From: Octopus vulgaris
Taxonomy: Eukaryota
Direction of reading: 5' to 3'
DNA length: 64,000 nucleotides
Assembly (NCBI GenBank): GCA_951406725.2
Contig: OX597823.1
Coordinates: forward strand, 70,990,001-71,054,000
Below are positions 1 to 13,378 of this stretch, one piece after another. The first letter of the stretch is position 1; each line of letters begins with the position of its first letter. The notes beneath the pieces are model-generated. The model was not told the origin of the DNA, made no database searches, and saw nothing but the letters and a program-made list of their open reading frames with translations. The position numbers and the translations under genes are program-made.

Positions 1-610
1 TTTCATAGAGTCAAATGTCTGCTCTAACAAATGCAATATACAATATTCTCATTAGTGCCATGGTATGCGCAACATCGATCACTGGAAGATTGCGGAGATA
101 TACAGGCTATGGAAATTATATTCGTCGTGTGGTTGACAAACTTTCTTGAGTCATTGCCAAATATGAGCATATTTGTATGTATTTTCGTATATATTTATGT
201 ATATATTTATGTATGTTTTTGTAAGTATAACTGTTGCTATAAGTGATAATGATGATGATGATGACAGTGGTAGTAAAAAGGATATTGAAAGAGAGTATGA
301 AAAATGAAAGTGCAAATAATGTGATGGTAGTGATGTCAATGAAGCTAATAATGATGATGGCAATGGTGATGATTGCAGTTGTTCCAGTCCGCTCTGGCGG
401 CAAAGAAAAAAATTATAGTTGCAGGATTTTAATGTTTGGGTGAATCGAGATGACTGAAGTGTTTATAGGTTCGCACATGTTTTATGAATACAAGAAATTC
501 ATAAAATACATAGTATTAATAATATTGATAGTAATAATAATAATATACAAGCCTCATATTTGAATATAAAAAAGCAAAAAATACCCAGAAACTCACACAT
601 AAACACATGC

Positions 611-647
<37 letters not shown>

Positions 648-650
<3 letters not shown>

Positions 651-1022
651 TCTTTACTCTTTTCTCTTTTACTTGTTTCAGTCATTTGACTGCGGCCATG
701 CTGGAGCACCACCTTTTAGTACTTATTCTATCGGTCTCTTTTTGCCGAACCGCTAAGTGACGGGGACCTAAACACACCAGCATCGGTTGTCAAGCAATGT
801 TAGGGGGACAAACACAGACACACAAACACACACACATATACATATATATACATATATACGACAGGCTTCTTTCAGTTTCCGTCTACCAAATCCAGTCACA
901 AGGCATTGGTCGGCCCGGGGCTATAGCAGAAGACACTTGCCCAAGATGCCACGCAGTGGGACTGAACCCGCAACCGTGTGGTTGGTTAGCAAGCTACTTA
1001 CCACACAGCCACTCCTGCGCCT
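648..1022 (-). mobile_element. tRNA-derived SINE family A
   Basis: On the minus strand: ggcgcaggagtggctgtgtggtaag head with A/B-box-like motifs, cttgggcaagtgtctt CORE-like segment, internal (TA/TG)n tract and ccagcatggccgcagtcaaatgactgaaacaag tail. Many copies occur in this window. Confidence 0.85.
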
Positions 1023-1439
1023 ATTAAATATATATACATATTTGTGCATGTATAATCTATCAACGCACATATATATTCACATATAGATAATATAGTTAAT
1101 ATTGGTATAGATAGATACATGCATTCACTCGCTATACAGTGATTTATAAATACAGCAATACATAAGTTGGTATACCATCACTTATGCATAGTTAGCAGGT
1201 ATAGGTGACATATAGATACGGTACTAGAGTGGATTATCGACAGGTAAACTAGTGAATGGTTAAGGATTGAATTATCAAATAAATAAGATGCATGAATACA
1301 AGAATGAATGAATATATAAGTGAAAGATGGGAAAAATTTACGCAAGTAGAAGAATCAAAAAGAAGCCTGCAGATAATTGAAGAAATAAAATTACAAAAGA
1401 GGAAGTCAAACCGTTTGGGGAAATCGTAAAGATTGAAGT

Positions 1440-2230
1440 GTTTATAGCTCCATGTAGTCTTCTGAACTGAAGATGTGATTCTGTTAGGAAGGTTATGTTT
1501 GGTGAATGCAAAGGCTACGCAGTTGGAAGTTTCCGTTGTTAGATTTTAGTGTGGATAAGATTTTCAGTCAGGGGGCGTATGATGTCTTTAAACTGCGTCT
1601 GCGGATTATTTAACGAAGTATCTAAATAAGAATGGGAATAATGATGTGATTTAACAGGGTTGAATGTCATGCCTATATAAAATTCATAAAAGGTGTTGAC
1701 AATACATTTGCTGACAATAAGCTTAGATAAGTGGTTGTTATCGAAAGGACATTTATTGATACTCGTGCAATAACCGATTTTGGCTTTGTGAAGGTTAAAT
1801 GTAACTGAATTCATGTCAATTTTACGTGTGCTAAAAAATATGATTTTGATCGTATTTTTCTTGAGAAACCTATAGTAATTATGGTTTGTAAGGAAATGTT
1901 TTCTAAGTGAAACAAAGAAGTTTTAGTATTGCGGATGTCTACTTCAATATGGTATCGAAGTATGAACTGTCTAATGTCCTCATTTCTGTTGCCGTTTCGG
2001 CGTCTTTGTGGTGTTAGCATGAGATTTACGTCAGAGATATTTCTTCATAGCTAATGCTAAATAATATAACAATTTAGTAAGTTACTGCTTCGGTCGATAT
2101 TCGTTCATTGGCAGAATGATAAGATAGTCTAAGGGAGATACTGGATGCAAAGTGGCGGTGTAGATTCCTATGGTTTTCTTTCTTTCTTTTATTTTTGGAG
2201 TAATTGTTAACGTAGTTCAGTAATTCAGAA
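1440..2230 (-). pseudogene. Decayed Penelope-like element ORF (RT C-terminus plus GIY-YIG endonuclease)
   Basis: ORF fragments LNYVNNYS...SISLRLSYHSANERISTEAVTY and CPFDNNHLSKLIVSKCIV...FYIGMTFNPVKSHHYSH resemble the PLE RT thumb and the CPLxxxCL..IVY.C....YIG.T...FK.R...H GIY-YIG signature. The sequence is frameshifted. Confidence 0.6.
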
Positions 2231-2301
2231 ATTCTGTCAGCACTTTGTACAGAAATATACATGTACTTGACTATCAGTGCATATATGTACTTGAATGCCA
2301 A

Positions 2302-2740
<439 letters not shown>

Positions 2741-2856
2741 AAGCATATATCATGGATATGTACTTTCATAGCAAGTGCCTTGACCTGTGTTTTCAAATGG
2801 CTTATAAACACCTTCTACGCTGCAATTGTATATACATATACATACACACACACTCA

Positions 2857-2910
<54 letters not shown>

Positions 2911-3262
2911 CACATGTACTTGTATACATAAAAGAAAGGGCGTCTGAGCTGATTCATCCAATTTCTGTAGCACTTCCCTCTCGGACACGCTTGTGATATG
3001 ACTTTTTTAATTTTCTATCTAGAAAACATTCTATCTCTTTATCATCATTATAATCATTAACCACCACAATCATAACCTTCATTATTATATCTATAACAAC
3101 TACTATCATTACCATCATAATCATAATAATCATCAGAGACATTACTATCAATAGCAGTAGTAGTACCCCCTACTACCATGACCATTGCTGCCCTACCACC
3201 CCAACCACTGCGAATCTCTGTCGCTATCATTAAAATTATCATCATCATTATTATTATGACCG

Positions 3263-3663
3263 TAAGGCGGTGAGCTAGCAGAAACGTTAGCACACCGGGT
3301 GAAATGCTTAGTGGTATTTCGTCTGCCGCTAAGTTCTGAGTTCAAATTCCGCCGAGGTCGACTTTGCCTTTCATCCTTTCGGGGTCGATTAAATAAGTAC
3401 CAGTTACGCACTGGGGTCGATATAGTCGACTTCATCTGTTTGTCTGTCCTCGTTTGTCCTCTCTGTGTTTAACCCCTTGTGGGTAGTAAAGAAATAGGTA
3501 TTTCGTCTGCTGTTACGTTCTGAGTTCAAATTCCGCCGAAGTCGACTTTGCCTTTCATCCTTTCGGGATTGATAAATTAAGTATCAATTGTGTACTGGGG
3601 TCGATCTAAACGACTGACTCCCTCCCCCCAAATTTTGGGCCTTGTGTCTAGAGTAGAAAAGTT
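3263..3663 (+). mobile_element. tRNA-derived SINE family B, two-unit form
   Basis: Head aaggcggtgagctagcagaa, B-box-like gagttcaaattcc and central gtcgactttgcctttcatcctttcggggtcgat domain. The body restarts at 3497, giving a 184-bp period. Confidence 0.85.
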
Positions 3664-4087
3664 TATTGGTATAATCGTCGTCTTCCTTGCAATCTTCATC
3701 GTTTTCCTCGTAGTTGTCATCATCAAAATCATTACCATTGTTGTTATCGACTTCTTCATCATCATCATTATCATCGTTTCACATATATATATTTTCCCTT
3801 GTGCATATATCGTTCCATCTATTTCTTTTTTGTCATACCTTTTTTCTTATTCCGCCACTGTCACCATCAATACTGTTAATACTAACATAATTTTCCCTAC
3901 TTAACTCTACGAGTACGATGACTATTGTTCGTAGGTCTGGAAGGAAATAATAGCTTTTTCTGGACGCATACATTTATTGAAGTATTGATATTTAGTATTG
4001 ATACTGTCACAACTCTAGCCTAAGTGGTTTTACCTCTATGTGTGTGAGTATGAAAATATATATGTATATATACATACATATATGTAG

Positions 4088-4189
<102 letters not shown>

Positions 4190-4197
4190 ATCTAAAT

Positions 4198-4573
4198 GTA
4201 GGATAAAATTTTTTTCGAAAAAAATTGTCCAAAAAAATTTTATCAATGGCCAGCATATTAAAAAATACCTTTAAAGGTTAAAATTATAAACAATTCATAG
4301 ATAAGGGCAAACGAAAAAATGTCTAATGCCAACTATGCCGAAAAGTTGGACATATTGTCCATTAACCATATAATTTTTTCACAATACGCACGCTACACGA
4401 AAAAAGGTGGACAGAAATTTCTAAAATTCCATTATTACCATATCGGACCGATTTCAGGGTTAGCTTATAACAGCCCTCCCTTCGTCAGTGATACATGTGG
4501 CAAAAGAAATAAATGAGATACTTACTCATACCCATGGAAGAAGCAAAACACTTTCGTTTGCCCTTATTTATGA

Positions 4574-4578
<5 letters not shown>
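4198..4578 (-). mobile_element. Short non-coding PLE-type element (pLTR-like) between (TA)n tracts, carrying a hammerhead
   Basis: Flanked by (TA)n on both sides. Related copies lie at ~5197-5549, 15217-15470 and 17016-17240. It contains the HHR at 4436-4493. Confidence 0.65.
4436..4493 (-). ncRNA. Type I hammerhead ribozyme (canonical core)
   Basis: The minus strand reads tatca CTGACGA aggg-agggctgttataagctaa-ccct GAAA tcgg-t-ccga TA tggta. Stem I is tatca/tggta, stem II is aggg/ccct, stem III is atcgg/ccgat, and the cleavage triplet is AUA. Confidence 0.8.
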
Positions 4579-4628
<50 letters not shown>

Positions 4629-4691
4629 CCACGTGTTTTCACACACCAACTTTTTCACCTATATATATATATGTATGTATATATATTGTTT

Positions 4692-4731
4692 CTACAATTG
4701 TTTCTTGTCTTGATCGACAATCTTCAGGTGG
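4692..4731 (-). ncRNA. Type I hammerhead ribozyme core (3' arm of stem I lost)
   Basis: The minus strand reads ccac CTGAAGA ttgtc-gatcaa-gacaa GAAA caattg TA g, with a perfect 5-bp stem II and palindromic stem III acaattgt. The inverted partial copy at 4928-4963 keeps the gtgg arm of stem I. Confidence 0.75.
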
Positions 4732-5138
4732 ACTTCCAATCTAAAATATCAATATTTTAAAATATAAAAATAATAATTTTAAAATAATTAAAGTATGAAT
4801 GAAAAAATATAAATATATAATCCATATATAACCTATATATAATCCATATATAATCAATATATAAACAATATATAAACTAAAATAAACCTATCAACAATTA
4901 AATATAAAATATAAAATATAAAATATAAAGATTGTCGATCAAGACAAGAAACAATTGTAGTGGCGGTTTTTTTGACTATTTATTAAAATTTTATGTATTG
5001 ATTAAGTCTTTCCTTGTTTGTTTTGCAAAATAGTGGTTTTGTCTCTAATAATATTTTATAATATTTTACTATAAAATTGGATTTAATCCTAAATCTGATT
5101 TTTTCCCTGTAAATTTGGATTTATTCCCTAATATTTAT

Positions 5139-5201
<63 letters not shown>

Positions 5202-5574
5202 TTTAAATTCTTTTCAGAAGAAAATTTCATCAAAAGTGGCAGCGTATTAAAATACCTTTAAAGGGTAAAATTATAAACAACTTATAAACAAGGGCAAAAG
5301 AAAAATCTATTTTTATGCTGATATGCTGATAACATACTTTCACGTCGTGCTGAAATCGAGGAAAGTTAGCTATCTTCTTTATTTCTATATTGAATCAATT
5401 TCAATATAGAAATAACGAACTTTAAAAAAAAATTCTGTTAGCTACCTTTCCTCGATTTCCGCACGACGTGAATTAATATTGAATGTATAATGAAATGTGG
5501 AAATTGCCAGCATATTGGTATGAAAATAAAATTTCCTTTTGCCCTTGTATATATATATATATATATATATACAT

Positions 5575-5661
<87 letters not shown>

Positions 5662-5662
5662 A

Positions 5663-5757
<95 letters not shown>

Positions 5758-5770
5758 CATATATACATGT

Positions 5771-5870
5771 AGGACAGCTGTGTGGCTGTGTGGTAAGTAG
5801 CTTACTTACCAACCACATGGTTCCGGGTTCAGTCCTACTGCGTGGCACCTTGGACTTGTGTCTTCTAGCA
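5771..5870 (+). mobile_element. SINE family A, 5' fragment
   Basis: tggctgtgtggtaagtagctt...ccgggttcagtcctactgcgtggcacctt head only. Confidence 0.75.
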
Positions 5871-6683
5871 TAGCATATTTATGGCTATGTAAGGTGTGAA
5901 GGGAGTTAAATTCGAGGTGGTAACTCTGAACGCATACTCACACACACACACGCACACACAGACACACACTCGCACACATACACACACACACACAGAGTCT
6001 CTCCAACGAAGTATAGCTTAATAGTGTCCATCTGTCATCAGCCAAGTCTTTAGAGAAAATAGAATTCACCCTCGCACGATAGAGAAAAATTCATTAAATT
6101 AACTTTTCGCATCGTTTATAACACTCGCGCACACATAATATGCATCGGTACATAGCTGATATTTATAAACAATTTAACAATTGAGACAGCGTATCGTTAG
6201 TAACGGTAGAATGAGTAATGACACTGACGGGAAATATTGCAATATCATTTACTGGCAAGAGTGCAGAATTAGTGATGGCTGACAACGCAGTGTCGCGAGC
6301 GAAGGAGAATACTGCATCGTTGACAAGAGACTCTAAAGTATTAGTAATAAGAGACACCATTAATTCGTTGAAGCTCTAATACACATTGAATATGGGTTCA
6401 GGTAAGAAGGAAACGCAGCAGCATTTAATTCCTGTTATGACCGGGCTGTCTCATCCCGTTTTTTGAGAGGAGAATGTAATCTTATTTCAAGTAGGATAAC
6501 GTGTGATACAAAATGGTGCTTGTGAAAGGTACACTTCACTCCGTCGCAAATTCAAAAAGGTCTAACTGGTAACTGTGGATAGTCTCTCTAAGCAAATGCA
6601 ATTTCAATTATAGTTACAAATATATTAAGACACTATGCAAACAATATATTTGAAGATATACATACATGCATACGTACATGTGT

Positions 6684-6722
<39 letters not shown>

Positions 6723-6802
6723 AATAGATTTAAAAAGAAACAAACTAGACTTTAGAAATATGTAAAAATGCTGAACAGGGCCATCAAACTTTCTTAACAT
6801 GT

Positions 6803-6954
6803 AGGCGTAGGAGTAGTTTGCTTTACGAACCATATGGTTCCGGGTTCAGTCCCACTGCGTGGCACCTTGGACAAGTGTCTTCTACTATAGCCTCGGGCCG
6901 ACAAAAGCCTTGTGAGTGGATTTGGTAGACGGAAACTGAAAGAAGCCCGTCGTA

Positions 6955-6999
<45 letters not shown>

Positions 7000-7170
7000 C
7001 TGTGTGTGTGTGTATGTTTGTGTGTCTGTGTTTGTCTCCCAACATCACTTGACAACCGATGCGGTTCGGGAAAAGGGACCGATAGAATAAGTACTAGGCT
7101 TACAAAGAATAAGTCCGATTTCTTCGACTAAAGACGGTGCTCCAGCATGGCCATAGTCAAATGACTGAAA
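6803..7170 (+). mobile_element. SINE family A
   Basis: Same head, CORE-like segment, (TA)n and ccagcatggccatagtcaaatgactgaaac tail as 648-1022. Confidence 0.85.
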
Positions 7171-7187
7171 CACGTAAAAGAGTAAAA

Positions 7188-7259
<72 letters not shown>

Positions 7260-7360
7260 TATATATGTTGCTTTGATGAAAAATATTGTGAGAATCTAAA
7301 GAAAAGAGAAAAATTATCTAGAGAGAAAAACTAATATTATAAACATATTTTGTATTTCAG

Positions 7361-7455
7361 AAAACGCAACACGAAAGTGCAGTGAAAATGGCACGTGGGC
7401 AGCAAAAGCAGATTACAACGGATGCCTGGACGCTCCACATCAAGTACATGAGGAT
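7361..7455 (+). CDS. Exon of a class B1 (secretin-family) GPCR, CRF/DH44/ELH-receptor-like: end of the extracellular hormone-binding domain
   Basis: Acceptor tgtatttcag| and donor |gtaagt flank a 95-nt exon. It translates to xNATRKCSENGTWAAKADYNGCLDAPHQVHED, matching the NATRxCxxNGTW...Y..C motif of CRF/DH44 receptor ectodomains. It ends in phase 0. Confidence 0.9.
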
Positions 7456-7881
7456 GTAAGTAGAAATTAGTTTTATTTGTATAATACTTCTCATACTAAT
7501 GTTAAATTATATTTAACAACCGAACATAGAATAATTATTCACCCAAATTAAAATCTTTGTGCCAATGGCCTCGTATTCTTCTCTCTACAAGGCCAAGGAA
7601 GGTCGAAACTACATTATCTGTCAACACCAGTGGTCATAGCTGATATAAACCCGAGCGCTTATATGCACCGCAAGTCCAGGAGCGGTTCTTTCATGTTCGA
7701 ACACAACATCCTCTTTAAGTGGGAGATAAATATTACCTTTGAAATTAGTACAGCTTCTGCGCTCTTGTATATATATATATACACACCGGAGTAAACACAT
7801 AAATGTGAAACAAGGTGGAAAAAAGTGTACTCAAATACCAGGGGTTGAGTAATATGCTTTATTTAAAAGCAGCAGAAATTC

Positions 7882-7935
7882 AACAAAACCTGTTACTCGG
7901 AGTTTCACGTTTCCGTTCGTCGGACAGTTTTTGTT
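7882..7935 (-). ncRNA. Type I hammerhead-fold motif with variant CCGA core
   Basis: The minus strand reads aacaaaaactgt CCGACGA acg-gaaa-cgt GAAA ctc-c-gag TA acaggttttgtt. Confidence 0.7.
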
Positions 7936-8055
7936 AAAATCGGACAGTTTTGTTTATATATATACCGGAGTAAACACATACATGTGAAAAAGGTGGAAAA
8001 AAGAGTATTCAAATACCAGCGGTAGAGTAATATGCTTTATTAAAAAAAACTGTTT

Positions 8056-8108
8056 AACAAAACTGTCCGACGAACGGGAACGTGAAACTCCGAGTAACAG
8101 GTTTTGTT
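8056..8108 (+). ncRNA. Type I hammerhead-fold motif with variant CCGA core
   Basis: aacaaaactgt CCGACGA acg-ggaa-cgt GAAA ctc-c-gag TA acaggttttgtt. Stem I is 11 bp with one bulge, stem II is capped by a GNRA loop, and the cleavage triplet is GUA. Confidence 0.72.
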
Positions 8109-8134
8109 GAATTTCTTCTGCTTTTTTAAATAAA

Positions 8135-8202
<68 letters not shown>

Positions 8203-9344
8203 TGATACGGAAGACGGAGTTTAACTAGAAGCTTTATTAGCACACCAATCGTTTCGGATCTGTTCTGCACTAATCCCTAGTGGGAGTGGGATGTTGTAAT
8301 GACATTAGCTGCAACACATGGTGCAGAGAGCCTCATCAACTGACGTAATAGGCTTCAAATGTTATAAGGTTTACATCTCGTTTTCGCTTCAAGACTATAT
8401 GCTGGTGGTGAGTTACTAGCCGTTCAGACACATTTTGGTGAAGTGAAGAAGTTGTAGCCAGGAAGTGGTTGATAAAAATATTAAAGAAGATTAAAAATAC
8501 GCTGAAGTGAACGAGGGTGGTCAAGTTGTGGTCAAGAAGTGGCTGCTAAAATCATGATAAAAACTAAAAAGAATGTAATGCAAATGGGGTGCTTATAGCA
8601 GTGGATTGAACCTCTATAGCGTGTGGAGACCTTTGTTGGCTGGATATAGCAGTCAAACGCGACGGTATGGTCAAGAATTTTTGTGAGAATATGATTACTA
8701 TATCTTTAGACTTAGTGGTTGCCTACATCGACACACACACAGACAGACATTCACACATATATGCATAACTGTGCGTGTGTGCATGCTCTCACTCGCACAC
8801 ACACATATATATATATATACATATATACACACATCCCTCATCCTGTTACTCATAGCCCCGCATATGTAGGCACATAAAAATACTCATTCACATACACCCG
8901 GACATACACTCACTTATATAGGCACTCGTGGCATTCGGCGTATATACATCGCAGCTATGCATATTTACACTTACACCGCAACCCACACACACATACGTAC
9001 AGATACAACCTTATGCATGTAGATACCTGTTTATTTGTGTGTATATGTGCATGTATATGTGTGCTTGGGATTATATCTATATTTATGTACATGCGTCTTT
9101 AGACTTATATTTTCATGTGTATGTGTGTCAGCATGTGTCTAAATAAATGTTTCCATGGCATCGGCCATGTCTCTTTCCCCTATATCTCAATTTATTCGCT
9201 ATTTTATAAAATAAATTGTTTATACTCGTTAATCTTTTTACGATCCTTCTTCTTATAATCTTCATTCAACTCTTTCGTTATGAATGCATTATATGCGTGT
9301 TTGTCCATACTATTTATAACGTCAGATTCATCGGAGAAATTATA

Positions 9345-9376
<32 letters not shown>

Positions 9377-11318
9377 CATACCATGCGCTTTTGACATATT
9401 GTATTTTATTGCAAAATTGCTTTTCTAATACGTATTCGTATTTCTTGAATGTAAGCTTTTCTACATTCAAATCAAATCCCTTTCGAAATCTTCCAGGAGA
9501 GGGATGTATGGAGTGTTCCTGTATGTCGTAAACACGTACATATCTTCACTGTTCATATAGTTGTCTTATACAGTTTATTTTATCGGAAATGTTTACCCTC
9601 AATCTAATTTTTCCAATAAATTGTTGTTTGATGAGTAATTCCATGCATTTCTTTTACCGTGGAACCGGTTTATTCTTCAGTGACATTTTATTTCTCCATG
9701 TGTACCAGGATAATGTAGTCAGGGTTCTAATCAGGGTAAGTAAAAATAGTTTAATACAAAGTATCTAATAACCAAAAGATTCGTATAGGAAGAGAGCTCA
9801 TGCTACATACACGTAATCCTAAGGCTTAGTTTATTTGTTTATTTATTGCAATATCTATAGAATATAAATACAGATTATGTAATAGGATAAATTATGTAGA
9901 AAAACACTTACATAAAGCAGGAAGCTAAAACCCCCAAACAATTCTAAATCCAGAAAATCTCGAATCTACAGCCACAAAATATAAAAATTTGCAGACAACA
10001 TGCACATTAAACGTAAATGTCCATCATCAGCTTCCTGACTGATGTCATGGTTTCGACACCTGTGCAGTCCCATTCAGTCCGGTGATATGAACAGCGTTAA
10101 AATCATAATTGCTGTCTGGAAATTAATAGAAACAGAGGCGAAATGTTAGAGCAACATACCTATTGCATCTTCACCTGCTTATTGTTACAAATAAAAATCA
10201 TCAAATCTCAAATATAAATAGTTATACTCATGTCATTGAGACAGAGAGACATGATCAAAATGAATACAGTCACCCTCAAATGAATAAAGCTAGAAGACCA
10301 CAGACAATGAAACGAACAAGCGAACCAAAAATATATTTACTGGAAATAGCTTATTCTACAACTGTTTCCGTAGCGATAATAAGTGACAATCACAATAGAG
10401 GATTAAATTTTCAAATAACTGTTAGAATGTATCTGTCAAAAAATGTCACTGAAGAATAGTTATGCAATAAGTGAACTGTAGAAAAGAAAATGACAGAAAA
10501 AGAACCAGAAACATGAGTTATCAACAGCCAATATGTTAGTACATCTGATATTTTGAGTCAGCAGCAGCAGAACCGAAACATTCGTTGGCTCATGATGGGT
10601 TAAATATACACACATTCCTATGTGTGCATGTATGTGTGTGTTTGTGTGTGTGTTAAAATTTTCTAAATTGGCACAAAGTTTTTAATTCCCAAATCATAAA
10701 GGTTAGCTACTAATGCTCAAATAATATTGTTCCAAGAACTGCATACGACAACAGAAGCAACGAATCAACTGCACTGGCTTTATCCCCCCCCACCACCACC
10801 ACCTCGTACATTTCAGTCTGAAACCGCTAATATACTATCAGATCCATACTGGTAGGAGTCTGTATCTCAAGGATGTCGTTTATGAAGACATGACATTTTC
10901 ACAACATCATATGACATCACGACATACTAAACGGGCATAAATGTCAATTATTCGAAGGGAAATGTCTTTATTACAGATGTGTCACTCCAGTTCTAGAGAC
11001 AGAAAATTCAACTTTTCGATCTCTCTTAACCTGGAGTGTGGAAATAACTTTACCGACATACAGGATACTTGACAGGGCCTGTCGTTTCTCATCTGCAGGT
11101 CATAATTGCGAACACTATTTCTGTGACAAACAGCAAAATACTCCTGTTATTAGCAGTAACGATCAAAGGAAAACTATCTTATCGTATTGTTGTCCTGTCA
11201 CTGAGCTTCCAACCATTGGTTTCTCATTACCAGGAATTACCAAATAAACTGTGTTGAGTGCAGACAGAGGGAGAGACAGAGAGAGGTAAAAAAAGAAAAA
11301 GAGAGACAGACAAAGACG

Positions 11319-11356
<38 letters not shown>

Positions 11357-11380
11357 CAGGTACACACACATACATACTTA

Positions 11381-11442
<62 letters not shown>

Positions 11443-11585
11443 TACATATATATATATAGATAAATAGATAGACAGATAGATAGATACACAGACAGAGAGA
11501 TAGATAGATAGAAAGATAAATAGATAGATGTATAAACATATATAAATAGACTCACATGAGACATGTATATGTATGTATATATGTA

Positions 11586-11660
<75 letters not shown>

Positions 11661-12039
11661 CAGATTAATTTATTTGCTCATTAATAGGGAAACTCGCGTA
11701 TGGGATTAACTAATGATGATCGTTTTCATTCCAGTGTGCCATTATTGGCGTGCCATTAGAATTATTGTTTTCATGGTTTGAGTTTAACTGCCCTTTTTAG
11801 CATGTAAGAAGTCCCGTAAAGAGTCTTCTCTTTGTATATAATTCTTTGTACACTCTTATATATTAAATATATGAAAATATATTGTCTTATGACTTTTATT
11901 GCGCATACGAATCCTTATAAGTTACACAGTATATATATGTGTGTGTGTGTGTCTGTGTGCGTGTGTGTGTGTGCGCGCGTGAGCTGAATGCGACTAGAGA
12001 GGCACAGTAGAGAATACGTACACAAAAAATATATAGACA

Positions 12040-12194
12040 TTGGCTGAGCGGTAAAAAATTTTACTTCTCAGCTACATGATCACAGGATCAGTTCCAGTGC
12101 GTGGAATGTTGGGTGAGTATCTTCTACTATAGCTTCGGGTCGACCAAAGACCTGTGAGTGGATTTGGTAGACAGAAACCCAGGGAAGCTCGTCG

Positions 12195-12231
<37 letters not shown>

Positions 12232-12582
12232 CAAATGAAGAAAATGCTGACAAAATAATTTAAGTAATTTAATTAGGTGAAAGTTCTTTTTACCGGTTGC
12301 GGATTTGTTATGCTTATCAAAATTTTTTAAGAGAGAAAGAGTTCCTTTCTGATAGATTTTTTCCTCTTATCTGATAAGAGGAAAAAATCAGATAAGAGGA
12401 AAAAATCTATCAGAAAGGATCTCTTTCTCTCTTAAAAAAAATTTTGATAAGCATAGCAAATGCGCAACCGGTAAAAAGAACTTTCACCTAATTAAATTAC
12501 TTAAATTACTTAAATTATTTTGTCAGCATTTTCTTCATTTGCTTTTTTATATATCACAATTCGTGTTCCACATCTCCTTTTT

Positions 12583-12653
<71 letters not shown>

Positions 12654-12830
12654 CTTTGTGTTGGTGGATTTACGTCTCCGTAAATTAGCCCTTCGACAAA
12701 AGAGACCGATAGAATATGTACTAGATATAAATAGTAGGGTCAATTCGTTCGACTAATTTTCTTCAAGGCAGTACCCCAGTATGGCCACAGTCTAATGACT
12801 GAATCATATAAAAAATAAAGGATTAAAAGC
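12040..12830 (+). mobile_element. Diverged SINE family A copy interrupted in its (TA)n tract by a ~330-bp palindrome
   Basis: Head at ~12040-12195 and tail ccccagtatggccacagtctaatgactgaatc at ~12775-12805. Confidence 0.75.
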
Positions 12831-12897
12831 TATTTATACGCCTAGTTATATGTTGTTTTATCTGTTATTCCTCCTGTGTCTCTCTACGCCCAAGCGC

Positions 12898-12928
<31 letters not shown>

Positions 12929-12939
12929 ATTGCGTGTAA

Positions 12940-13150
12940 TCTTTACTCGTTTATACTTTTGTTTCAGTCATTTGATTGTGGCCATGCTGGGGCACCGCCT
13001 TTAGTCGAGTACGACCCCAGGACTTATTCTTTGTAAGCCTAGTACTTATTCTATCCGTCTCTTTTGCCGAACCGTTACGGGGACATAATCACACCAACAT
13101 TGGTTGTCAAGTGATGTTGGGGGGGGGGGGACAAACACAGACACACAAAT

Positions 13151-13188
<38 letters not shown>

Positions 13189-13378
13189 TTATATATATAT
13201 ATATATACATATATACAACAGGCTTGTTTCAGTTTCCGTCTACCAAATCCACTCACAAGGATTTGGTCAGCCCGAGGTTATACTAGAAGACACTTGCCCA
13301 AGGTGCCACACAGTGGGACTGAACCCGGAACCGTGTGGTTCGTAAGCAAGATACTTACCACACAGCCACTCCTACGCG
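12940..13378 (-). mobile_element. SINE family A
   Basis: Full-length match to the other family A copies, in reverse orientation. Confidence 0.85.

Noticed and set aside
787-1086. Recurrent ORFs such as RQASFSFRLPNP...GTEPGTMWL
   Set aside because: They are antisense readings of SINE A, not genes.
8245-8345. Possible minus-strand hammerhead (ttgatgagg...ccGAAAcgattgg)
   Set aside because: Core C3 and the UH site are both mutated. It may be a relic but is too decayed to call.
9285-9340. Minus-strand ccgatga...ggacaaacacgc motif
   Set aside because: GAAA is incomplete and the stems are weak.
9640-9685. Minus-strand CTGAAGA...GAAAtgcat motif
   Set aside because: Position 17 is G and no stem I can be formed; probably chance.
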